Source: Callorhinchus milii (taxonomy: Eukaryota). From it: a stretch of 64,000 nt of DNA. The notes beneath the pieces were generated by a model. It saw nothing but the letters and a program-made list of their open reading frames with translations, did no database searches and was not told where the DNA came from. Both the position numbers and the translations under genes were made by a program. How positions within the stretch are numbered: position 1 is the first letter of the stretch; every line of letters starts with the position of its first letter. Of the stretch, positions 13,901-25,705 are shown in pieces. The stretch spans positions 32,552,001-32,616,000 of the forward strand of contig NW_024704743.1 of assembly GCF_018977255.1 (NCBI RefSeq). Reading direction: 5' to 3'.

Positions 13901-15654
13901 TGGAATCTTGTTGTTGTTGTTCAGTCGTTTTTTCCATAATTCAATCTTTAGTATGTCTATTCAGCATGTCTACCAAGCTACGTGTACAGCTTGCTGCAAA
14001 AACAGTCACTACAGTTTATAGTACATCCTGTGAAGCTCTTCCTGACATGAAAAGCGTTAAACCAAATGTAAGGATTATTAGTATTATTATATGCACATGG
14101 CTCCCACCTTCGGTGAATCAAACTCGTCTGTGATATAAACCGGGCATAACATTGAAGAGGATACATTTTCTACCATGTCTGACAATGAGCATTTCATTAT
14201 TCTCAGCCTTGTCAGGTATTTGGAAGGTTTCCTATATAATATTGAGAACTTCAAAGTGAGTTTTTTTTTATTGATGAATTTTTTTTAAGTATCAGGAATA
14301 AAATGCTGCTGCCTTTTCTGCATAAGCTATTAATAACCTTCCTAAGTATCATATCTCCCATTTAAACATGAATCATTTACTCTGTCTCCCAAAAAGAACG
14401 GTAGTATCAACACTGAATTTAAGTCTGAAATTTGTCATGATGTTAAATTTTAAGAGAGTGAGCCAAACTGTAGCAGCCTTTCCCAGAACTGAAGGGGAAA
14501 AGAATAGCCAATATATTAATTGGACTCTAACTCAATGTGGCTTGTGGTTGTAATTGATTCAATTAGAATAAATAGGTTAAAGCTGATGTTATTAAAGTAC
14601 TACATCAGGATAAACCAATACAAAGCCTTCTCAATTATTCTGCCTTTCCGAAGGTATTTTAACTTCCTTTCATTTCCACTGGGTTATGAATCCCTGGGTT
14701 CCCTCCGGGAGCTGCAGCATGTGGCCATTCAGCATGTTTGAGCCTTGACAGTGGGCATAAACCCATCCAAGCCCGGTCCTGACCACAGATGTTCACCTTC
14801 CAACAGGTTCCCCCCTGAATACTGATCAGAGACTTTGCAGCTAAATTAGGTCTCTGACTGACTGAGATCAGATAGCTCACCACAAACCAGGAATTGAAAC
14901 AGTACCCATTGGTCTGTCAGGCCTATTGCTGTTCCAAGGGGTGTATTTACCCAATAGGTTGTGGCAGGATCTTAGTTTTTTTTAAGTGGCAGGAATGGTA
15001 CAAATGCTCAAACACACATATTGTATGGCATTGTTCTACATAGACATGTTTTGTGAGGTTAATATTTTAGGTTTGCAGGAGAACACATTTGGTGTCCTGG
15101 ATTGCTCGTGCAGAACACATCCTCTGTCTTAAAACCAAATGTGGCGTCTGAACTTTCTACTCACCTACCACCTTACTACTTTTAATGCCATTTTGGGAAT
15201 GTAATAGTGGGTGGGAGGTAGGGGGAAGGGGCTTAACGCAGACAGTTTCTTTTGTTTATACATAGCTTATAGTTACCACTGATACAAATCACACTCCATT
15301 TTAGTCCACCTGTTTTAATTTAAATGAAGATATTTAATCACCTGCTATGATCCTATGTTAGCTAATGTACTGTACTGGCTTTATCATACAAACAAGACAC
15401 TTCACCTTATTCAAATGAAGCAAATGATTGTACTGGTGACATGCAAGAAAGACACAGCGCAGGAAGCCACGCTCCAATGAGGTGGAACTTTGTACATTCA
15501 GTGTGCATTAAAGAACGGACAAATATATTTTTGTATGAAAGTCACTTTAACAAGGGTAGTGTACAGGGCTCTGGGAACCAGAGATGAATGCTTTTTGAAA
15601 CGCTCACGCTGGTGCCTCCATATGGAGTATTCACAGAGTAATAGAGGATCTCTT

Positions 15655-15960
15655 AGAATCAGAATCGTGTAACACAAAAGGAAGCCATTTGGCCCATTGA
15701 TGCTTGTTCCGGCTCTCTGAAAGAACTATCCATTCAGTCCCACTCCCTTGCCCTTTCCCCAAACCCTTTCATATTATCTTCTCAAATATTTGTCCAAATC
15801 CCATTTAGAAGCTATTATGGATTCTGCTTCAACCACATTAGTTTGGTAGGGCCATTTCATGTCCTAATAACCATTTGTGTGTAAAATAAAATTCTCCTAA
15901 CCTCTCCCTCTGATGATCTTAAATTTATGCCCTCTGGTTTCTGACCCACTGACCAGTTCA
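15655..15960 (-). mobile_element. CR1 LINE 3' end fragment
   Basis: agaatcagaatc...aggaagccatttggcccat signature of CR1 3' ends, similar to 62484 onwards. Confidence 0.6.
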
Positions 15961-17189
15961 CTCCTACCGCATTTTAGCAGCCCAGTCCCCTGGAGGCATC
16001 TGTGAAATAATCAAATAGGTTTTGTTCAATAAGATATTTCAAACGCTAGCAGTGTTGCATTGCCTCTGATTTAACTTTATGTTTTAGCACTTTTTCCAAA
16101 TCACTATGTAAAAGCTCAGCAAATTAAATCAACTCAAGTGCCATAAAGGGAAGCACTGAAACATATTGATTTACTTGCACTACTTATCAATGCATTTGAG
16201 TAAATGGTTGTTTCATCTACCACTTAGTATGTCTGGCACATCTTTTCTTCCCCCATCTCAGTTCTTCATTCCTTGTGCACAGATAGGGAATCTGCAGCCC
16301 AATGGTTCTATCTCTTCTGGGATTCTAGAATAGTTCACCAGATGTGGTGCCCCATTGAAGTATACCCCAGGTCATAGTTTCATAAATATATTGATCCAGA
16401 TGTTGGGTTGGATTTTGGCATCTCAAAAGATGTCTACATCTTCTGCTCAACAATGTTGTTTGTGAAAAACTGAACCTCAGTGTCCATTAAGTGCAATGTA
16501 CAGGAGTTACAACACATCACACAAATATATCTGTATTCTTTGATGAAGTACATATTATGGTATATAATAATAATCTTTTACTTTGATATTGCAAGTCTGG
16601 AGGACTATCACATGGTTCACTGTAAAGCGTAGTGGTTGTGTATTTTTGTAAATGCTTATTGTACAGAAAAGATAGCACTTTTCAAAATGTACAAAATAAC
16701 TGAGCAGAAACATATTATTAGCTTAAACATATTATGTTTATCAGTGGTATTAAAATCTAATCTAAACATGAAGCATGATGCAGGAGACATTGAGACTTAG
16801 TTACAGAATATGGAGCATATTAGATCTGACCTATAGTAATAGTTCAATTACGTTTTAGGTCACTGGAGGTAACTGTCTAACATCGACTTAAACTCAAACA
16901 GCAAAGTGTCATTGGGCATTAACATAGCTTGTGGGTGAATACTAATGCTAAGTTTGCTGTTTTCCATCAGGCGTAAAAATGAAAGGCTCCAAAAATAGTC
17001 CTGCTGTTTGTTCAAAGAGCCTCAATTCTCAACATCATTTGCTGCTCTTTGAAAACAATCCACAGCAGGGGATGCTAGGAGCTGAGGCTGTATTGACTCA
17101 GTCTCAGCAACACTAAGGATGGCTACCTTGATTGAGTTATCATCCAATAAGCTAATAACAATCTTTGCATTTCATGTATCACCGCATCA

Positions 17190-17840
17190 CATTGTTGAAA
17201 CATAATAGGTACTGACAGGAGTCAATCAGGAGTGCGTCACTCTTGTTGACGTTCAACTGGAGCAAGTTAGCTTTCATCCAGGACTTGATTTCCGAAAGAC
17301 ATTCTGTCAGGACAGCAGTGGTCCTAGAGTTGAGCTTGGAGGCTGAAAGATAGAATTGGGTGTCATACGGTACATGTGGAAATTGACCCCATGTCTGCAG
17401 TTGATGCCACCAAGAGGGAACATGTAGATGTTGTAGAGGAGAGGACCAATGACAGAGTACTGAGGAACGCCACACAAGATGGTCTGAAGGCTGGGTGAAA
17501 TGTTATTTGTGGAGACAAAGTAGAGACCGCGTGAAAGTAGATCTGAACCATGAAAATTGAGGGAGAGGTCGTGGAGGAGGATAGTATGGTCAACAGTGTC
17601 AGAGGCAGCAGAGAGGTCAAGGATGGTGAGAAGACAGAGGGAGCCCTGGTCACAGTTGGACAAAATGTCATGTCACTTTGACTTAAGGCTGTTTCTGTGC
17701 TGTGAGCACAGAAGCCGGTAAGCAATTACTCATTCCAGGAATTTGGAAACGAAAGGGAGGTTGGAAATGGAGCGGTAATTTGAGAGCAGCGATGGATCCA
17801 GAGAAGGTTTTTTGAGGATAGGGACTTGATTAGCTACGAT
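17190..17840 (-). mobile_element. L2 RT fragment
   Basis: HSTETAL, LDLSAASDTVDHTIL, GVPQYSVIGPLLYNIYM motifs with frameshifts. Confidence 0.85.
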
Positions 17841-18474
17841 AAGGTATTAAAATGCTGAATTGGCATTTTACCTCTTGCTAACAATTTTGAATCCACTTTC
17901 CAAAGAGTAGGAAAGCTGAGCATTGCTAAACAACAACAACTTGTATTTATATAGCGCCCTTCACACGGTGTAGAGTCTCGGAGCGCTTAAACATGAAAGA
18001 TTTATTGAATGATGTGATCTCCCATGGCATTCTGGCCCTTTTTACACTAAAATCAATAAACACAGCAATGGTATTGCGGTAGCTCATGTTTCCACTTACT
18101 CGAGCGGTAAAATGATAGGCGCTTCAAGTATAAACCCTACAATCTTTGGAGATGTTGTTGCAAAAACTAAATTAAAATTTAAACACAGTGATACCACAAG
18201 CACCCCAAATAGGCACTATACATCCCAAATAATAATAAAGTAATCCTTGCATTTGATATAGCGCTTTTCACGTCTTCTCAACATCTCAAAGCCTTCACAG
18301 AATAGACTGTAAAGTGAATTGACCATATATTTGTGGGCGAAATAGGCACTATACAACAGAAATCAAGAGCTGGTCTCATTCACGGACCAAATATCTTGCC
18401 TTTAGTTTTTTTTATATTGCTGACAAGCGCTTCACACTTGTTCCATATTCATGGTGTAATGATAAAGGAAACAG

Positions 18475-20340
18475 TTCTCAATTCAAATAAAAACAAGTTT
18501 AATGTAAACCATTTGTCAAAACAAATACCAGTACTTCCAGTTTTGAATGATTTTAAAAAAAAGTCAGTGTATTTATTAGAAGATGGAGTTACTATAAATC
18601 AGTTTACATTGTTATAGAAATGTAATACCAACAGGACTTTACATAATTATTTGAATAACACTGGCTCCATTTGCCTGAATACTTTAAATTAGTCCAGTGA
18701 CATGAAAAAAAGTCTCTAAAATCCTTGGTTGTCTTTCCCTTGTAAGAAAATCTTAGATTTTTTTTCCTTCAAGTATATATATATAAAAAACTACATTTAC
18801 ATTATTTATCCTGCTTGCAGATATAGGATAAAAACATGATGTCAGCAAGCACTCGAGGGTTAAAACAGGCTACAGAGCAGCAATTGCAACTTTCTAGCAA
18901 GCAGAATAATGGTTTAAAATATTTCAACATAAATGCAAAAAGTTAGTCATCTCTAAATTCCGAACGCCAGAGGTCTGTCTGTGTACAGCTTATAACATTT
19001 GGAAAAAGTCTAAAGAGTAAATATTAATTTAACATCCTAAAATTGACAACTGTCAAAATAACGATACCATTGAATAGTGCGTCAGATAGAAATATTTTAA
19101 ATAAACTGAAGTCAACATTTTTGGTTGCATATTCTGATATGGTTTAACATTATAAACTAATACCTACTTAATAATTTATCTGCAATGAGCTGAACACATA
19201 TATAGTTCCGCACTTAAGTTCCCTTCTACAGTGCGCAGCGTTGTAAAAACCTTTACAATAAATAATTTTAAAATAGTTTAACAATATTTTTTATAAGGCA
19301 CAGTTTAAACCAATGACTATTTAAAATTCACTATTTTGTTTCTTTTTGCTTCCAAATCAACAATCATGGACAGATGCAATAAAACAGAAAGAGGAGACTG
19401 TTATTGTCAGGGGCTGATTCTATTTCAGAATCCAAATAGCTGACAGCAGCAGTTAAAGTTTCCCAAAAGTGAAACAGGATGGGGATTAAAATGTGACAGG
19501 TCATCAAACAAGCACAAGTGATGTGTATTTCCAGAACGGTCTGCCTTGTCGATTGTCCACACAGCTGTTCTGCCCATTAATTCCAGATCACTTGCTCGCT
19601 CCAAGTTCCACTCATGCAGAGAAGGGGGGGGGGGGGTGGAGAAAATAAATTCGGTACCTGTCCATCACCCCCACATGGTCATAAGCTTGATTGTTCGAAG
19701 CCCTCAACAGATATCAAATATCTCTGAAATACTTTGCATAGGTCAGACTTTTTTTTAAAAAAATGAGATTAACATTCAGTGCTTTGAAATTCAAAAGGTA
19801 GTTGTTACCGTAATGCAGAATTGTCTCTGTATTTCACTAAACCCTGATGTGCACATTTCATTTATTTATTATCATTATTGCATGTCCCAGTATTATTGCA
19901 TGCAGCTCCTGCAGTTGTGACAGGGCCTGAAAGCTGAAAATATTGCGGCGTTCTCCCTGAATGCAGAAAAGGTTTGCATAAGGCAATTACACTATGTTAC
20001 GTCCCGTGATTAATGCATAATGTTGCAGGCTGGTTGAAGGCTGTGGACTTGCATCTTACGTTTCTCCTGCTAGTAAACACAACACGTTTTCTGCTGTTTC
20101 AAGGATTTGTTTTGTGTGGTGTGACAGTGTGCAGCGCAGTTGTTGGTAGGAATCAAAACGCTGCGATGGGATTTTGTTTTCACAATCAGAAAGTAGTGAA
20201 CTTTTTGTTTGTTTTGCGTCCGTTATTATTGCATGCTGCAGATGGTACTGGTTGGAGTTTCTGGAATATATATGATTTCCTGATTCTAAAAGTAGTGTGC
20301 ACTTTTGTAGTTTTTTTTAAATAAAAAAAAACTCCTATTG
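18475..20340 (-). other. rbm24: rbm24 3'UTR (~1.9 kb) with candidate polyA signals ATTAAA (18503-18498) and AATAAA (18577-18572)
   Basis: TE-free AT-rich stretch following the stop codon, bounded by a SINE at ~18228-18345; 3' end inferred from hexamers only. Confidence 0.6.
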
Positions 20341-20677
20341 TTATTGCATGCGATCGGTCTGCAGCTGCTGTGGTTGGTACTGACTGAAGGCTGCAGCCGC
20401 TGCTGCCCCAGGACCTTGGCTGGGCATGGGCTGCTGGACTGCATAACTGTACCCAGCGGCGGTGACGTATCCTGCAGCTGCGGCTGCGGCTGGGGACGCG
20501 GCGTATGGATATTGTTCGTAGGCGGCGGCGGCAGCAGCTGCTGTGGCTGCGGAGTACTGCGCGTACGCAGTGCCCGTGTAGTCGATGTAAGGGCTGGCAG
20601 CGGCCGCGGGCTGCACGTGGGGGATCACAACCCCGGGTTGCATGAAAGCCTGTGGATAGACATAGTGAGCGGGTATC
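20341..20677 (-). CDS. rbm24: RBM24 terminal coding exon (Ala-rich C-terminus)
   Basis: ttttccttaccccacag|G ATA CCC GCT...; (G)[41 protein letters not shown]...QLQTDRMQ*; phase 2 acceptor fits the exon 3 donor, but it lies on the opposite strand. Confidence 0.96.
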
Positions 20678-21456
20678 CTGTGGGGTAAGGAAAAGCAAAT
20701 GTCAGCAAAAGAAAAGCCAGAGCTATGCAGTTCGATCCATCCACAAAGTGTAATAAAAACTTTCTCTAAGTTGTTATTGTGCATATAGGGTTGCCACAAT
20801 ACGCAAGGCTAAATAAATCGTATGCATTACCGACTTATGCCCAAGAGCCTCGGCTGAGTAACTGTACCGGAATGGGTCAACTGAAACAAAGCATTTTTGT
20901 GCATTAAAATTGCTACATACAAAAAGGCAGGTTTTAAAGATTTGGTTTTTTAAAATAAATAATAGGCAAGCAATTTAAGGTTATTTATCAAGGAAGTTAT
21001 TCACTACCAATAACATGAGCTGAAACCATATGCAAATAAGTCTGCAAATATTACACTAGCTTTTATGAAGAAACAGAGTTTTGGACTTCACTACTGAACT
21101 CTGTTTATACTGTAATAAGAACTAGTTACAGGCCAAGCTTCTATTGATTTTTTTGCGATGTAATCTTATCATGGCAACCCTATGTATTGCTATGCAATCT
21201 CAGCACTCATTAATATCATATCAGATCCACAACCCCATCACCCTAATTAAAAGTAAAACACAGGCAAAAAACAAACAAAATACAAACCAGACCACAAAGT
21301 GGGAAACAAATGGTCACACAGCAAGATCACTCTACACATATGAATTCTACTGCAGCTCTCATTCCGTGTCAAAGAGGCTCCAATAGAAGCTACACAGACA
21401 CTATCAAAAACACAGCACTGAACGCCAGTACGTGTGCATTACATTCAAAGGAAAGG

Positions 21457-21529
21457 TCACAGGAACTTCTTGGGCAAACCGAAACATATAGACCTGGACC
21501 CCATCATCTGGCTTGCAGCGATCCGCCTA
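21457..21529 (-). CDS. rbm24: Candidate alternative terminal exon of rbm24 encoding (G)RRIAASQMMGSRSICFGLPKKFL*
   Basis: gtgtgtttttttgcatgtcag|TAGGCGG acceptor (NAGNAG), phase 2 compatible with exon 3, open to TGA at 21459-21457; no transcript evidence. Confidence 0.4.
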
Positions 21530-23160
21530 CTGACATGCAAAAAAACACACGCTAAAAGACAAAGAGATTGTGGGGTGAGAGGAAAACAACGTCACACTGG
21601 AGGAGGGGGGCAACGTCTAGTTAAATTGCATTTTTTTCAGAGAACCAATACTTGAATTACTTTGATTTTTGCTTTAAAACTACTACAGATGATGCTTGAA
21701 CACAAATTCCACCAGCCTGAGTAACCGCCCTGATCTCACCAGGCTTCCCAACACAGCAGTACCCAACGCAAACGCTAGATCAGTCAATGTCACCTGTAGT
21801 CACCATTGTCCATTTAGAGGTTCCCGGCTATGGGTACGGATCCCAGTATCTGGCCAAACGATGCTATGAACTAATTCCACAGTGAGAACAAAGTTGGGAC
21901 CTGCGGCAACAGTTGTTTGAGGCAAGTAATTTACAGCTGCTTCCTGTGATATTGTCCTTCAGTTAAGTACAAACCTACTATCCTGTGATACTTTTGAATA
22001 TCACCCTACTTCTAAATGTGGAGAAGCTGAAAAGTTCAGTGGTTAGCTTGCAAATCCAGTTCACTAAAAGAACTAGTAACAGAGGTTCCTCATTTCCCAG
22101 GCCAATCCTTTGTATTACTGCACAGGGAAAAACAACAGGGAACCATTGATCAGTTTTTCATAGCACAAAACATATATAGTGTAACACAGATTCAAAGAGT
22201 TCCAAGGCATTTGGTACAGAATAAAAATATCATCCTTAATGAATATACTTGCTGTAGGAAGTTTATAGAATAAACTTGCTACTGGTAATTTAAGAAGGTA
22301 CTACAATGTTCTGATATAAAGTCATATATTAGAAGATTTTTTTCCTGCAATGTTCTTCCCTTGCCCCTCCTCTCCCAAATGTACTCTCAGATTTATGTAC
22401 ATGTGTGGTACTAGAGATATTACAGAAAACTTTAAAAGTAATTCATAAAAATCTCTCTCTATATATATTATATAACATATATATCAGGTAATTCCCCAAA
22501 CCAAAAGCTGTTGAATGATCAACTCCCATTAACATATCCCAACAGCTGACAAACAAATTTGCAACTTTATTACATCTATAAACTAAGATGTGCTTCCCCC
22601 AATTTCTAACACCAGAATCTTAGCCCATTCAAGTAGTTTCTTCTTCTTGTAAGTGATCTTTCATGTTCTCCACAATTTAAATTATACTGTTAAACTGTAG
22701 TAGGTATCCTTACTGTTCTAGATGTCTAAACTGGTAGCAATGTTAGTGACCAGGAGAAACCCAACTTAGAAACAAGGAAATTGCAATATTTACAGAATAA
22801 GACAAGTAGGAACCTTCTATTTAACAGTGAAGTATGCATCAAATGATAAACTAATTATATATTTACTGTCTTGTTAGTTATCTAATCTATTCGATGTGGA
22901 AAGCACGTAATGAACAATGCTCATGTTTAATTGTAGCCTCAAGATATCCAGCTATATAAGATTCATTCAAAATTAACACACATGCCACAGAAACCTTTAA
23001 ACGAGGTGGCGGTCTGACTGCTTCCTCCTGATATAAAACATCCTGGAGCAGAGGATATATGGTACACACAGGTCGAGTGTAACGATGCAGCGGAATTCCC
23101 TCTCCCCAATGCTCAACAGCCATCGTATTCGACTGCAGTTGTTATTCTGACTGCAAAGGG

Positions 23161-23585
23161 CACACACACACTGACACAATACAGACACACACAATACACA
23201 CCACACACACACAGACACAATACACACCACACACACACACACCACACACAATACACCACACACACACACACAGACACAATACACCAAACACACACACACA
23301 GACACAATACACCAAACACACACTGATACAATACAGACATACAATACACCACACACACACACACACACCACACACACACACACTGACACAATACACACAC
23401 ACAGACACACACACCACACACACACACAGACACAATACACACCACACGCACACACTGACACAATACAGACATACAATACACCACACACACACAATACACC
23501 ACACACACACACAGACACAATACACCAAACACACACACACACAATACACAACACACACACACACCACACAACACACACAGACACA

Positions 23586-23629
<44 letters not shown>

Positions 23630-24327
23630 ACACACACACTGACACAATACACACCACATAGACACACACACACACCACACACACACTGACACAATACACA
23701 CCACACAGACACACACACACAATACACACACACTGACACAATACACACCACACAGACACACACACACAATACACACCACACAGACACACACACACTGACA
23801 CAATACACACCACACAGACACACACACACAACACACCACACACACACACACACACACTGACACAATACACACCACACAGACACACACACACAATACACAC
23901 CACATAGACACACACACAATACACCACACACACAATACACCACACAGACACACACACAGACACAATACACAGACACACCACACAGACACACACACACAAT
24001 ACACCACACACACACACACACACACACAGACACAATACACACCACAAAGACACACACACACAATACACACAGACACACACAATACACCACACACACCACA
24101 CACAATACACACCACACACACACAATACACCACACATACACAGACACACACACACACAATACACCACACACACACACACTACACACCACATACACACACA
24201 CAATACACCACATACACACACACACTACACACACACAATACACCACACACACACACAGACATACACACACAACACAATACACACCACACACACACACACC
24301 ACACACACAATACACACACCACACACC
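23161..24327. repeat. Degenerate CA-rich minisatellite (CACAATACACCA(CA)n units)
   Basis: Directly visible; source of spurious Cys/Val ORFs. Confidence 0.97.
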
Positions 24328-24525
24328 CGGTGGCTTGTCTGGGTGTGCGTTTGTGCCTTTACACACAGCACTGTGTCTATCCCTTCAGGTTATTATGTTC
24401 CAGTCATTCATATCGTCTCCCACATTTTGCAGCAAAGACATGTTGCTCTGCCATCGTCTCACTTCAGAAACCCGGCGCGATGGCTGTGAGTGCTGTCCAT
24501 GAATGCCATGATGGTACGTTGGAAA

Positions 24526-25705
24526 GGGGGGGGGGGTGTATGTGAGTGGGGGGTGTATGTGAGTGGGGGGGGTGTATGTGAGTGGGGGGGGGTGTATGTG
24601 AGTGGGGGGGGTGTATGTGTGGGGGGGGTGTATGTGAGTGGGGGGTGTGTGTATGTGAGTGGGGGGGGTGTATGTGAGTGGGGGGGGGGTGTATGTGAGT
24701 GGGGGGGGTGTATGTGAGTGGGGGGGGTGTATGTGAGTGGGGGGGGTATGTGAGTGGGGGGGTGTATGTGAGTGGGGAGGGGGTGTATGTGAGTGGGGGG
24801 GTGTATGTGAGTGGGGGGTGTATGTGAGTGGGGGGGGTGTATGTGAGTGGGGGGGGGTGTATGTGAGTGGGGGGTGTATGTGAGTGGGGGGGTGTATGTG
24901 AGTGGGGGGGGGTGTATGTGAGTGGGGGGGTGTATGTGAGTGGGGAGGGGTGTATGTGAGTGGGGGGGTGTATGTGAGTGGGGGGGGTGTGATGTGAGTG
25001 GGGGGGGTGTATGTGAGTGGGGGGGGGTGTATGTGAGTGGGGGGGGGTGTATGTGAGTGGGGGGGTGTGTATGTGAGTGGGGGGGTGTATGTGAGTGGGA
25101 GGGGGGGGGTGTATGTGAGTGGGAGGGGGGTGTATGTGAGTGGGAGGGGTGTATGTGAGTGGGGGGGTGTATGTGAGTGGGGGTGTGTATGTGAGTGGGG
25201 GGTGTGTATGTGAGTGGGGGGGGGTGTATGTGAGTGGGGGGGGGTGTATGTGAGTGGGGGGGGTGTATGTGAGTGGGGGGGGTGTATGTGAGTGGGGGGG
25301 TGTATGTGAGTGGGGGGTGTATGTGAGTGGGGGGGTGTGTAGTGAGTGGGGGGGGTGTATGTGAGTGGGGGGGTGTATGTGAGTGGGGGGGGGGTGTATG
25401 TGAGTGGGGGGGGGTGTATGTGATGGGGGGGTGTATGTGAGTGGGGGGGTGTATGTGAGTGGGGGGGGGGTGTATGTGAGTGGGGGGGTGTATGTGAGTG
25501 GGGGGGGGTGTATGTGAGTGGGGGGTGTATGTGAGTGGGGGGGTGTATGTGAGTGGGAGGGGGTGTATGTGAGTGGGGGGGGGTATGTGAGTGGGGGGGT
25601 GTATGTGAGTGGGGGGGGTGTATGTGAGTGGGGGGGTGTATGTGAGTGGGGGGGGTGTATGTGAGTGGGAGGCGGGGGTGTATGTGAGTGGGGGGGGGTG
25701 TATGT
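24526..25705. repeat. G-rich minisatellite, unit GTGTATGTGAGT(G)n of ~20-22 bp
   Basis: Roughly 55 tandem units (length divided by unit size) that vary mainly in G-run length. Confidence 0.97.

Noticed and set aside
1..18200. cap2 exons expected downstream of rbm24 by synteny
   Set aside because: No recognisable CAP2 coding sequence seen; a non-coding first exon cannot be called from sequence
20678..20799. N-terminal part of ORF 20341..20799 as coding
   Set aside because: Lies upstream of the splice acceptor at 20677, so it is intronic read-through
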